A stretch of 64,000 bases of DNA, from positions 18,050-82,049 of the forward strand of contig DAIDHW010000007.1 in NCBI GenBank assembly GCA_027451865.1, read 5' to 3'. This DNA comes from Leptolyngbyaceae cyanobacterium clean351 (lineage in GTDB: Bacteria; Cyanobacteriota; Cyanobacteriia; DAIDHW01). The notes under the pieces are model-generated. The model saw only the letters and a program-made list of their open reading frames with translations. It was not told where the DNA came from and made no database searches. Each line of letters begins with the position of its first letter. Position 1 is the stretch's first letter. Made by a program: the position numbers and the translations under genes. Below are positions 28,555 through 38,230 of the stretch, piece by piece.

Positions 28555-30409
28555 GTTTCCATTCGTCCATTCAATTGATGTCCCCAGCGAGTGGGGACGC
28601 GGACCTGGCCCTTGCCGGGAAGGTGGCCGATTTCTTGGGTTTCCATTCAATTGATGTCCCCAGCGAGTGGGGACCAGGAAGGTATCCAGGCTGGCTCCCG
28701 CGTTCACCCAAGTTTCCATTCAATTGATGTCCCCAGCGAGTGGGGACTCCGTTGTTCTCCGGATACTACCGGGAACTTTTGAGGTTACGTTTCCATTCAA
28801 TTGATGTCCCCAGCGAGTGGGGACATAGTAGAGCCCAAAACTGGCTCGGTCAAAAAAGAGATTGTTTCCATTCAATTGATGTCCCCAGCGAGTGGGGACG
28901 TTCTCTCCTTTCGAGGAGAAATCTCCCCCTTCAAAAGTTTCCATTCAATTGATGTCCCCAGCGAGTGGGGACATGGAAAGTTCGACAGCAAAGGACGCTG
29001 GTACCCCAGGTTTCCATTCAATTGATGTCCCCAGCGAGTGGGGACCTAGCCCTGGACGAACTAATCAAGGAAATCAGTGGCCAAGTTTCCATTCAATTGA
29101 TGTCCCCAGCGAGTGGGGACAAGGTAAACTCAAACCCGCTTCCGGGGCGGGTCCCCCGTTTCCATTCAATTGATGTCCCCAGCGAGTGGGGACCTTAAGC
29201 AAATCAATGCGCAGTACCACTTGGCCAGGCAGAAAATGTTTCCATTCAATTGATGTCCCCAGCGAGTGGGGACAATCAGGTTCTGGTTGGCGGCGTAAGC
29301 TGTGCTGTCCCCCTGGTTTCCATTCAATTGATGTCCCCAGCGAGTGGGGACAGGGGATAACAGACGAGCCCAAGACGGGGTTAGTCAAGAGTTTCCATTC
29401 AATTGATGTCCCCAGCGAGTGGGGACGGGCTACGGGGTGACCCGGTTTCCGCAATTCCCCAAACGGTTTCCATTCAATTGATGTCCCCAGCGAGTGGGGA
29501 CCTGAACGTTACCTCGCATTGAAGAACCGTCAAGTTGACCCTGGTTTCCATTCAATTGATGTCCCCAGCGAGTGGGGACACTCAAGGGCCGTACTATTTA
29601 CGTGGTCTTCGACCAGGATTGTTTCCATTCAATTGATGTCCCCAGCGAGTGGGGACCACCCCCCACTAAGGAGAACCAATGGAAGCCCTAACTCAACAGT
29701 TTCCATTCAATTGATGTCCCCAGCGAGTGGGGACCAAAAAGGCAATTGGCAGTATTTGGGTATCTGCCCAGATGTTTCCATTCAATTGATGTCCCCAGCG
29801 AGTGGGGACAATACCGTCTAACGCTAAAGCGGCTTATCTTGAGCCGGTTTCCATTCAATTGATGTCCCCAGCGAGTGGGGACACAGTAACGGCTAGCGGC
29901 TGGTACTAAGAGTGGTACTAAGTTTCCATTCAATTGATGTCCCCAGCGAGTGGGGACCGCTTGAGAGCCACCCGAGATGCTAGGCCAAATCCCTGTTTCC
30001 ATTCAATTGATGTCCCCAGCGAGTGGGGACCGTGGAATAACTGCGGTAGCCATAATAATATTTCGATCTAGTTTCCATTCAATTGATGTCCCCAGCGAGT
30101 GGGGACTGCTCTGCATGTCGCAGAGGAGTACGGGGTAGAGGTCGCGTTTCCATTCAATTGATGTCCCCAGCGAGTGGGGACATGGTAGTAGACCTTGCCC
30201 CAGAAAAGGTCTGCCTCGTAAGTTTCCATTCAATTGATGTCCCCAGCGAGTGGGGACAAGACGGAGCCTTCCGTCTGGGACCAGCCACGGACCTCCAAGT
30301 TTCCATTCAATTGATGTCCCCAGCGAGTGGGGACGTGGAAGAAAGGGGCGGGATGCCTGTACTGGGCAAACATGTTTCCATTCAATTGATGTCCCCAGCG
30401 AGTGGGGAC
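28555..30409 (-). CRISPR. CRISPR array: 25 repeats of 36 nt and 24 spacers of about 37-44 nt; repeat GTCCCCACTCGCTGGGGACATCAATTGAATGGAAAC (cyanobacterial type III-like)
   Basis: Identical repeats counted from 28639 to 30409 plus a terminal repeat with an internal duplication at 28555-28598; GTCCCCA/TGGGGAC hairpin and 3' GAAAC on the minus strand; degenerate end at the low coordinate. Confidence 0.98.
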
Positions 30410-30660
30410 CCTACCCCTATTAGAGCACCATCCAGACTGGATTACAAGTCCTGTTTGCGACAGGTCGGCAAAGTGACCAGGGCGGCGGGGGAATTTTCCG
30501 TGGCCAAAGGGCCAGAACCCTTACCAGAGGCCAAGTCGAGGGGCTCAACGAGTTTGCTGGCATTGGGGGGATTTTGGCTACCTGTCGCGGATCCACTAAT
30601 GTTGATAGCAAATGCAGAAGTTTTATTATTAGCTTACAACATGAAATATATTTCTTTAGT
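30410..30660 (-). promoter_or_regulatory. CRISPR leader
   Basis: Non-coding and adjacent to the intact array end; inverted repeat GCGACAGGTCGGCAAA (30457-30472) / TTTGGCTACCTGTCGC (30573-30588); AT-rich distal part. Confidence 0.7.
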
Positions 30661-30907
30661 CAGCCCCCATATCCGCGGATAGAGAGGCATGACCAGACCG
30701 CCTACAATCAGACCGAGCTTGACCTGGCTATGGTTTGGACCATTCTGTAGATTGAGGCGCCGGCATTACAGTCATCCCCGACCAGATGCAATGGGCTTGC
30801 CACTAAGGACCATAAAATCACCATAATCACGGGAGGAAAAAGACCCACCCCTGAAGAAATCGCCTTTTATGAACCCCTAGTGTAAATCAGCGGCGCCGCG
30901 CCCGTGG

Positions 30908-31123
30908 CTAATCTTTACTAGTAGTCAAGGCAGTAAGTAATAAGTAAATCACCCCAGCCGCCAGAGCGACCTGCCAAGCGTGGGGCAGGAGGGTCCAGCG
31001 CACCCAGTAACTAAGGCTCTGGAGGATCCAAAAAGCCGAGTTTGCCCCCCAACTGAGAGCCTTGAGGATAATATAAATCACCGCTACAAGGCCGATGGCG
31101 CGCAGGAAAGGGTTTCTGGACAT
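30908..31123 (-). CDS. Small two-TM membrane protein
   Basis: MSRNPFLRAIGLVAVIYIILKALSWG...AWQVALAAGVIYLLLTAL; two hydrophobic helices; start uncertain. Confidence 0.55.
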   Translation of the reverse strand: MSRNPFLRAIGLVAVIYIILKALSWGANSAFWILQSLSYWVRWTLLPHAWQVALAAGVIYLLLTALTTSKD

Positions 31124-31275
31124 AAAAAACTTGCCTAGACTAGGGACTCTGTACCGGCCCTCCCAAGATACCATGGTCATACCACCATTGGACGACTCTA
31201 GTTAATCAATGCTATTAATTCCCAGAGGTCTGCGCCGAGGTTTTTCACCCTTACTTACCCCCAAAGGCATTTCCC

Positions 31276-32691
31276 ATGAATACTTGGCTGGTAACTACTG
31301 GCAGCAGTGACGTCAGATTAACCACTGACCAGCTATGGGACTCCTGGGGTGAGTGCCAGTTTAAGCCTGCCAAGGTGCGCAATCTTTACAGTGTCCCCTC
31401 CCGGGCCCTGGGAATGGTCTATCAAAAACACCCAGACCAGGTGTGGCCGTACCTAAGTTTTCCCCTCCTGAAGGAGTTCGCCAGGCAGCTCCAAGCTGAT
31501 GGAGTTAACCTCAGCCAAATTATCTTCTTCACCACCGACCAGCAGGCCATCTTTAGTGAACAGGAGCGTGATCAGGGAGAAAAATGCCCCTACTGGAAAG
31601 ACACCTGCACCCTAGAGCCTGTTTTTCGCCGCCTCTTTGAACAGCTGTACCCCGGAGCGGTCGTAGTCCCCAAGCTGATCGCCCCCCAAGACCCCCAGGC
31701 CGGGGTAGATGATTGGAATGCCATGCTTGACTTAGTAGCAGACCAACTCCGGGAGGTCACGGCCTCAGGGATTGTCTACGTCAGCCACCAGGCCGGCACC
31801 CCCGCCATCTCCTCAGCTTTACAGTTTCGCACCCTGGCAAAGTTTGGCCGGCAAGTCCAGTTCCTGATAGGCAATGAGTACAGCTCAAGCAAAACTCGTC
31901 TAATCAACAGTCCTGCCTACCTGCGCAGTCTCCAGCTGCAAGAAGCTAAGGCGATGCTCAGACGTCACGACTACACTGGTGTGCGGGACCTCCTCGGCAT
32001 TGGTTCTCAAGAGGAAATAGCGGCCCCCCTAGAGGCAGCGATTCAGTGGAACTTTGCCAACTTTGATCAGTTTGCCCAAAAGATCGGCCGTCAACCCGAA
32101 TGGTGGCGCATTGGCTATGAAGCCGCCTACTTGGCTACCGTGCGGCTTGAACAGGGCAGCCCTACCGAAGCATTCTTCCACGGTTTTCGGGCAGTGGAAG
32201 GGTTAATGTTGACCTGGGCGAGTGAGAGATTTGCCGCCCACATTGAAGAGCCCAAGCGCTCCTGTCCATTTCTGAAGCAATCGATTCTTGAGGAGTTGCC
32301 TAACTATCTTCGGGCGCAAGGGGATAAGCGTGATGAGCGTAGGCAAAGGCTAAGGGAGTCTCTCCTGGGTGATGGCAGAATCGAACTATCTAGCTTCCAA
32401 CTCTACGAGCTCCTGCGCGAAGGTCAGCCAGAGGGCCAGGAGCTATGTTCAGACCTGGAAACCTTCGAAAATAGGATTGCTCCTCGACGCAACCTTCTGT
32501 TCCACCGTCTGCGGGGATTGGAGACCAAAAAACTCCTTGAAGAATGGAAAGTAAAGACTGAGCAGGAGTGGAGAGACCGCCTGTTAAGGCTACTGAATTT
32601 TATTAGTGGGGAGAACTTTAGCTCCCTAGAAGCTGCCAGTCACCTACCCGCGGTACACGCCCAGCTAGGCCAGATGCTTGAGTACCTGTAG
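31276..32691 (+). CDS. CARF-HEPN CRISPR ancillary nuclease (Csm6/Csx1-like, cyanobacterial type)
   Basis: N-terminal LVTTGSSD, FFTTDQ, WKDT and VYVSHQAGTPAISSAL CARF-like motifs; FRAVEG; C-terminal R-N-x3-H (RNLLFH); next to the CRISPR leader. Confidence 0.75.
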   Translation: MNTWLVTTGSSDVRLTTDQLWDSWGECQFKPAKVRNLYSVPSRALGMVYQKHPDQVWPYLSFPLLKEFARQLQADGVNLSQIIFFTTDQQAIFSEQERDQGEKCPYWKDTCTLEPVFRRLFEQLYPGAVVVPKLIAPQDPQAGVDDWNAMLDLVADQLREVTASGIVYVSHQAGTPAISSALQFRTLAKFGRQVQFLIGNEYSSSKTRLINSPAYLRSLQLQEAKAMLRRHDYTGVRDLLGIGSQEEIAAPLEAAIQWNFANFDQFAQKIGRQPEWWRIGYEAAYLATVRLEQGSPTEAFFHGFRAVEGLMLTWASERFAAHIEEPKRSCPFLKQSILEELPNYLRAQGDKRDERRQRLRESLLGDGRIELSSFQLYELLREGQPEGQELCSDLETFENRIAPRRNLLFHRLRGLETKKLLEEWKVKTEQEWRDRLLRLLNFISGENFSSLEAASHLPAVHAQLGQMLEYL

Positions 32692-32913
32692 CACTAGGGC
32701 AATCGCCTCACGTGGGGCAGCAATAGGGAGTGGTCCCGTGGGGGGGAAAGCCCAGCCGCTATAGTCTATTAGTATTATCAAACGACATACAGAACCCCCT
32801 TCCATGGACTGTTTCTGAGGTAACTAGGTTCACCCAGACACCCCCGCGTGGCGACATACCGGCGCCAATAGGGATAACATTGAATCTGGGTCTCATCTTT
32901 CCCCGCCTTCCCC

Positions 32914-34650
32914 ATGACTGCCTCCCTATCCCTATTCACCCGTGCCCCCGGACCGCAGCGGCTGTTTTGGTTTGGTCTGAGTATAGGCTTTGCCATCTTC
33001 TATGCCAGCCTTGACCTTAAGCAAGCCTTCGCCCATGAGTACGTAGTGCAAGGGGATACTCGCGCCTACCTGGTAGCTCTTTCAGGTTTGCTAGGGGGGA
33101 ATCTGGTCCCCCACGACTGGATTGCAGACTACTATGCCTCCGTTAGTCCCTGGGGGTTTACCCAACTCTACCTGCTGATGGCTCACCTGGGAGTGGCACC
33201 CTTATTATTCAGTAAGATCCTGCCCCTGTTTCTGGAGGTGGCCGCTACTATTTACGGGTTTTTCCTAGTCCAGGAAATGTTTCCTGTTCCCCTAGCGGGC
33301 TTTATCGGGACCCTACTCCTTAATCAAGGTCTTGGTATTCACGATGATATAGTTTCCGCCACCCCCAGGGGATTTATCTATCCTCTTTTACTCGGTTTTA
33401 TGTATTATCTAGCCCGCAGCAGCTGGCCAGGGGTAGCCTTATTTTCTCTTCTGTTAGGATTATTCTTCCCCATTGGGGTCCTTTTGAGTTCCGCGCTTCT
33501 AGCTTTGAGACTAGTCATGGCTTGGTTAGGCTGGCGGCCGCGGGAGCTGCCGGTCTACATTGCCGGTCTGACTGTTTCCCTAGCTGTAGTCCTTTCCTAT
33601 CTGCTCAGTGAATCTCAGTTTGGGCCTACAGTCACCGCTGCCATGGCCAGGCACTGGCCGGAATACCAGCCCCATGGTCGTTGCCCTTTTTTCAACCCTA
33701 ATCCTTGGATCTATTGGTTTCGCGGTTCTGGCAGTAGCTTCCGTTTAGCCATCAACCCCCCTGCTACCGCCTTAGCCTTCCTGCTGCCTTGGCTGCCGCG
33801 ATTTCGGACCAGATTGCCCCTAGGCCAAAAGCTCGGCCCCGCGGTCTGGCTGCTGCCGGAACTCGCTTTGGTTTCCTTAGCCTGGTTCTTTGCAGCCCAG
33901 GCCCTTCTATTTCAACTTTATCTCCCCTCCCGCTACACCGAACACAGCTTTCGGATCATTCTGGCTTTAGCCGGGGGGATTGCCCTAGTGATCCTCGCGG
34001 ACGGGGTACTAAACTGGGTTAGCCAATCTCCTGCCCTCGGCAAAACCCTAGCAGGCTGGGGTGCACTTCTCGGGGTGGGCTTGACTACAGTCTTTTACCC
34101 GGCCCTGTTTTGGTCCCCCTTTTTCCCGATTACCCTGGATGTAGTGAGCCCCTACCCAGCCCTATACGAATTTTTCCGTAACCAGCCTAGTCATACCCTG
34201 GTGGCCTCCCTGGCCGATGAAGCCAATAATGTGCCAGTGTTTGCCCAGCGGTCAATCCTGGTGGGATGGAAGTACGCTGACCCCTACCACCTACGCTACT
34301 ACCAAGAGATCCGGGAACGGGCCACAGACTTGATCAAGGCCCAGTACAGCCCCACCATGGCTGAGCTGGAACTATTCCAGCTAAAGTACCCCATCACCCA
34401 CTGGCTCCTGGACGAGTCGGCCTTTGACCGGGGTTATCTGGAAGCTAACCAATGGATTCAGCAATACCAGCCAGCAGCGGCCAAGGCCGAGGCCCTGATC
34501 AATCGGGGCCTCAAGCCAGCCATAGCTGAGCGAGTCGAGCACTGTACCGTCCTGCACACCCAGGGGTTAATCGTCCTCGATGCTCCCTGTCTAACTAATA
34601 GCCCTGCCCGGCACTCCCACCACCCCGCAACTAATTTACTGACCGAGTGA
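32914..34650 (+). CDS. Polytopic membrane protein, probable GT-C-type glycosyltransferase
   Basis: Many TM segments, VQGD.R motif in the first loop, LYLPSRY; translationally coupled to a GT2 gene. Confidence 0.6.
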   Translation: MTASLSLFTRAPGPQRLFWFGLSIGFAIFYASLDLKQAFAHEYVVQGDTRAYLVALSGLLGGNLVPHDWIADYYASVSPWGFTQLYLLMAHLGVAPLLFSKILPLFLEVAATIYGFFLVQEMFPVPLAGFIGTLLLNQGLGIHDDIVSATPRGFIYPLLLGFMYYLARSSWPGVALFSLLLGLFFPIGVLLSSALLALRLVMAWLGWRPRELPVYIAGLTVSLAVVLSYLLSESQFGPTVTAAMARHWPEYQPHGRCPFFNPNPWIYWFRGSGSSFRLAINPPATALAFLLPWLPRFRTRLPLGQKLGPAVWLLPELALVSLAWFFAAQALLFQLYLPSRYTEHSFRIILALAGGIALVILADGVLNWVSQSPALGKTLAGWGALLGVGLTTVFYPALFWSPFFPITLDVVSPYPALYEFFRNQPSHTLVASLADEANNVPVFAQRSILVGWKYADPYHLRYYQEIRERATDLIKAQYSPTMAELELFQLKYPITHWLLDESAFDRGYLEANQWIQQYQPAAAKAEALINRGLKPAIAERVEHCTVLHTQGLIVLDAPCLTNSPARHSHHPATNLLTE

Positions 34651-35381
34651 AAATCAGCGTAGTCCTGCCGGTCTACAACGAATCCCTGTGCATTAGCCAA
34701 ACCCTAGCGGCAGTAGTGGAATACGTGCACAGACATCCTAACTACGAATTTTTGTTCGTAGACGATGGCTCACGGGATAATAGTGCCCTGCTCCTGGAGG
34801 AGGGTATTGCCCGCGCGGGTTTTTCACAGATACGTCTGCTGCGCTCCCCCGTTAATCGCGGTAAGGGCCACGCCGTCAAGACCGGCATCAGTCAGGCTCG
34901 GGGGCAGTACGTGTGCTATCTGGACAGCGATCTGGCTTATTCTCTAGACCATCTGGATCTGTTAACAGAGAAACTTGCCGACTTTGACCTGGTCATGGGC
35001 TGTCGCAACCTGGTACCGGCGAGCTTACACCAACCGCGCCCCCTGCGGCGCCTCTCGGGGCAAATCTACAACCTCATGTCTCGTCTCATCCTCGGTTTAC
35101 CCTACCGGGACATGCAAGCTGGCCTCAAGGGATTTCGGGCCGACGTAGCCCAAGACCTATTCGGCTGCCAGTTGTTAAGCGGCTTCTCCTTTGACGTGGA
35201 GCTAATCTACCTGGCCTGGCGACGGGGCTACCGGATCGGGGAAATTCCCGCCCACATCAGCCCGACTCACCGGTTCAAGGCCTCCCAAGTAGACCTAGTG
35301 AAGGACTCATGGCAAATGTTTCTGGATCTATTTCGGATTCGGTTTAAGACCAAGCACAAAAAGCGAGCTTTTGTACTGTAA
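34647..35381 (+). CDS. GT2 polyprenol-phosphate glycosyltransferase (DPM/DPG synthase-like)
   Basis: SVVLPVYNE, VDDGSRD, NRGKGHAV, DSDL, DMQAGLKGF, GFSFDVEL. Confidence 0.88.
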   Translation: MKISVVLPVYNESLCISQTLAAVVEYVHRHPNYEFLFVDDGSRDNSALLLEEGIARAGFSQIRLLRSPVNRGKGHAVKTGISQARGQYVCYLDSDLAYSLDHLDLLTEKLADFDLVMGCRNLVPASLHQPRPLRRLSGQIYNLMSRLILGLPYRDMQAGLKGFRADVAQDLFGCQLLSGFSFDVELIYLAWRRGYRIGEIPAHISPTHRFKASQVDLVKDSWQMFLDLFRIRFKTKHKKRAFVL

Positions 35382-35441
35382 AAGACTGGGGACTAGGGCT
35401 TTAATGGTAAAATCGAGGGAAGACCTCAGTGTGCCGCCTCC

Positions 35442-37991
35442 ATGACCTTTGCCCAGGAACCCACCCGGATCGTCCCTACAGATCTACGTAATGAGATGTC
35501 TCGGTCCTACCTAGAGTACGCCATGAGCGTAATCGTCGGTAGAGCCCTGCCGGACGCCCGGGATGGGTTGAAGCCCGTCCATCGGCGAATTCTCTTTGCC
35601 ATGCACGAACTGGGCTTAACTGCCGACCGACCCTTTCGTAAGTGTGCTCGCGTGGTTGGGGAAGTGCTTGGGAAGTACCATCCCCACGGAGACAGTGCGG
35701 TTTACGATGCTTTAGTGCGCTTGGCCCAGGACTTCTCCATGCGCCACCCCCTGATCCAAGGGCACGGAAACTTCGGCTCCATCGACGATGACCCCCCGGC
35801 GGCCATGCGTTATACCGAGTGTCGCCTCCACGCCCTCACCTCCACCTCTTTGCTCCAAGACCTTGAGCTAGAGACCGTTGATTTCGCCGATAACTTTGAT
35901 GGGTCCCAGCAAGAACCCATCGTTCTCCCCTCCCGTCTACCCCAACTGTTGCTCAACGGCTCCTCAGGCATTGCCGTCGGCATGGCTACCAATATCCCCC
36001 CCCACAACCTCAGGGAGTTGGTCGATGGCCTGTTAGCCCTGATTGCGCAACCCGACCTTAGTGACGGGGAGTTGATGCGCTACATCCCCGGACCAGACTT
36101 TCCTACCGGCGCCCAAATCATTGGTCGCGAGGGTATCAGGGATGCCTACACCACTGGGCGGGGTTCCATCACCCTGCGGGGGGTGGCCACCACCGAGACC
36201 CTTGAACAGCCAGGGCGCCAAGACCGGGAGGCGATCATCATCACCGAGCTGCCCTACCAAACCAACAAGGCCGCCCTAATTGAAAAGATCGCCGAACTAG
36301 TCAACGACAAACAGCTAGAGGGCATTGCCGACATCCGCGACGAGAGCGACCGCGACGGGATGCGGATCGTCATTGAACTGCGCCGGGACGCCTATCCCCG
36401 GGTGGTCCTCAATAACCTTTACAAACAAACTCCCCTCCAGAGCACCTTTGGGGTTCATATGCTAGCCCTGGTGAACGGAGACCCAGAAACTCTATCCCTC
36501 AAGCGGATGCTGCAGGTGTTTTTGGAGTTCCGGGTAGAGTGTATTACCCGGCGCACCCGTCATCAACTCCAGAAAGCCCAGGAGCGCGACCATATTCTCC
36601 AGGGGTTACTAGTGGCTCTCACCCACCTAGACTTGGTTATCCAGCAGATCCGCCAAGCTGCCGACGCCGCCACCGCTCGCACCCAACTGATGGAGAACCA
36701 TGGTCTAACAGAGCCCCAGGCAGATGCCATTTTGCAGATGCAGCTGCGGCGCCTAACCGCCCTGGAAGCTGAGAAGATTGAGCAGGAGCACCTAAATCTC
36801 CAAGCACAGATCGCCGAGTTGGAGGCTGTCCTAGCCCATCGGGAGAGGATTCTCGAGATCATTGCCCAGGAACTCGGCCAGCTTAAGGAGACCTTTGCCA
36901 ATCAACGCCGCACGCGGATCGAGCACTCTGAGCAAGACCTAGAAGACCAGGACCTCATCGCCAACGAAAAATCTCTGATTATCCTCACGGAGCAGGGCTA
37001 CATCAAACGTCTGGCCCTGAGCACCTTTAGCGCCCAAAACCGCGGCACTCGCGGTAAAGCAGCGGCCCAGATGAAGGAGGACGATGGGGTAGGTCACTTC
37101 CTCACCTGCTGTGACCACGATTACCTCCTGTTCTTTACAGACCAGGGGGTCGCCTACTGCCTGCGGGCCTACCAAATCCCCGCTAGCTCCCGTACCAGTC
37201 GGGGAGTACCCATTGTCCAGATGCTCCCCATCCCCCGGGAGGAAAAGGTTACCTCCATGGTGGCGGTGCGGGAGTTCAGCGCCTCGGAATACCTTGTCAT
37301 GCTCACGGCGGGGGGATACCTGAAAAAAACCGCCCTGGCGGCCTTTAGCCGCGTCCGTGCTAGTGGTCTAATTGCCATTAACCTGCGGCCGGGAGACCAG
37401 CTGCGCTGGGTCCGGCGCGCCACCGAGGAAGACAGTCTGATTATCGGTACGCGGCAGGGGATGGCGATCCACTTTCGCGCCGACCAGGAACAACTGCGCC
37501 CCCTCGGCCGCGACACCCAAGGGGTAAAGGCGATGGATCTAAAACCCGGTGACCAGTTAATTGGCCTAGATGTTCTGCCGGCCCAGGTAGTTGCTCACCT
37601 TCCCTCCAGTGACGGTGATGAGGACCAGCTGGAGGAGAGTGCAGCCCCAGGGGTCGACCAATCCGAGGAGGAGGTCAATGGGGAGAACGGTCCCTGGGTC
37701 CTGGTGGTGACCACCGGCGGTTACGGCAAGCGGGTGCCCGTGGGCAGGTTCCGCCTGCAGAACCGGGCGGGTAAGGGCCTGCAGGCTCTGAAGTTTCGCT
37801 CCCCCGGTGACCAGGTAGCTACCCTCAGGGTGGTCCAAGCCGGGGAGGAAATCATGGTGGTTACCAACCGGGGGATCATGATCCGCCAAAGTGTAGACGA
37901 TATACCCTGTCAGTCTCGTCAGACCAGGGGAGTGTGCCTGCAAAAGCTCGACGACCACATCCCCCCCAGTGTCGACCCAGAGGAGGAGTAA
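35442..37991 (+). CDS. gyrA: DNA gyrase subunit A
   Basis: [45 protein letters not shown], GyrA-box-like QNRGTRG, beta-pinwheel repeats. Confidence 0.95.
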   Translation: MTFAQEPTRIVPTDLRNEMSRSYLEYAMSVIVGRALPDARDGLKPVHRRILFAMHELGLTADRPFRKCARVVGEVLGKYHPHGDSAVYDALVRLAQDFSMRHPLIQGHGNFGSIDDDPPAAMRYTECRLHALTSTSLLQDLELETVDFADNFDGSQQEPIVLPSRLPQLLLNGSSGIAVGMATNIPPHNLRELVDGLLALIAQPDLSDGELMRYIPGPDFPTGAQIIGREGIRDAYTTGRGSITLRGVATTETLEQPGRQDREAIIITELPYQTNKAALIEKIAELVNDKQLEGIADIRDESDRDGMRIVIELRRDAYPRVVLNNLYKQTPLQSTFGVHMLALVNGDPETLSLKRMLQVFLEFRVECITRRTRHQLQKAQERDHILQGLLVALTHLDLVIQQIRQAADAATARTQLMENHGLTEPQADAILQMQLRRLTALEAEKIEQEHLNLQAQIAELEAVLAHRERILEIIAQELGQLKETFANQRRTRIEHSEQDLEDQDLIANEKSLIILTEQGYIKRLALSTFSAQNRGTRGKAAAQMKEDDGVGHFLTCCDHDYLLFFTDQGVAYCLRAYQIPASSRTSRGVPIVQMLPIPREEKVTSMVAVREFSASEYLVMLTAGGYLKKTALAAFSRVRASGLIAINLRPGDQLRWVRRATEEDSLIIGTRQGMAIHFRADQEQLRPLGRDTQGVKAMDLKPGDQLIGLDVLPAQVVAHLPSSDGDEDQLEESAAPGVDQSEEEVNGENGPWVLVVTTGGYGKRVPVGRFRLQNRAGKGLQALKFRSPGDQVATLRVVQAGEEIMVVTNRGIMIRQSVDDIPCQSRQTRGVCLQKLDDHIPPSVDPEEE

Positions 37992-37993
37992 CC

Positions 37994-38230
37994 ATGAAAC
38001 CAAGCCAGCGGGAGCGACTGCAGGCGGAACTACGGACTCCCTACCGGGGCCTGCGTCAAATCGTGTACCTAGTGTTTGGCGCCTCCGGATTCCTGGGGGC
38101 CCTACTGTTCCTCGGCCAGTTAGCCACGGGCCATGACCCCCTCGAGAGCCTGCCTAACCTAGGTCTGCAGGTAGGAGTAGTGGCCTTAATGGTTTGGCTG
38201 TGGCGTTGGGAAGGGAAGCGCCGCCCCTAG
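37994..38230 (+). CDS. DUF3493-like small membrane protein
   Basis: RL.AE..TPYRGLRQ..Y..FGASG..G, LPNLGLQVG; GGAGGAG upstream of the ATG. Confidence 0.7.
   Translation: MKPSQRERLQAELRTPYRGLRQIVYLVFGASGFLGALLFLGQLATGHDPLESLPNLGLQVGVVALMVWLWRWEGKRRP

Noticed and set aside
28296-28727. 143-aa plus-strand ORF across the long insert
   Set aside because: It extends into array repeats and is antisense to the cassette-1 gene, which has an RBS, a promoter-like element and a paralog.
28599-30373. Self-targeting spacers within the window
   Set aside because: No match to the integrase, cassettes or other genes was noticed by eye; not exhaustively tested.
28591-30682. Many ORFs with recurring VSIQLMSPASGD / FHSIDVPSEWG / VPTRWGHQLNGN peptides
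   Set aside because: These are translations of the CRISPR repeat, not proteins.
37940-37991. Truncated gyrA
   Set aside because: The last pinwheel blade looks slightly short, but all core motifs and an acidic tail are present.
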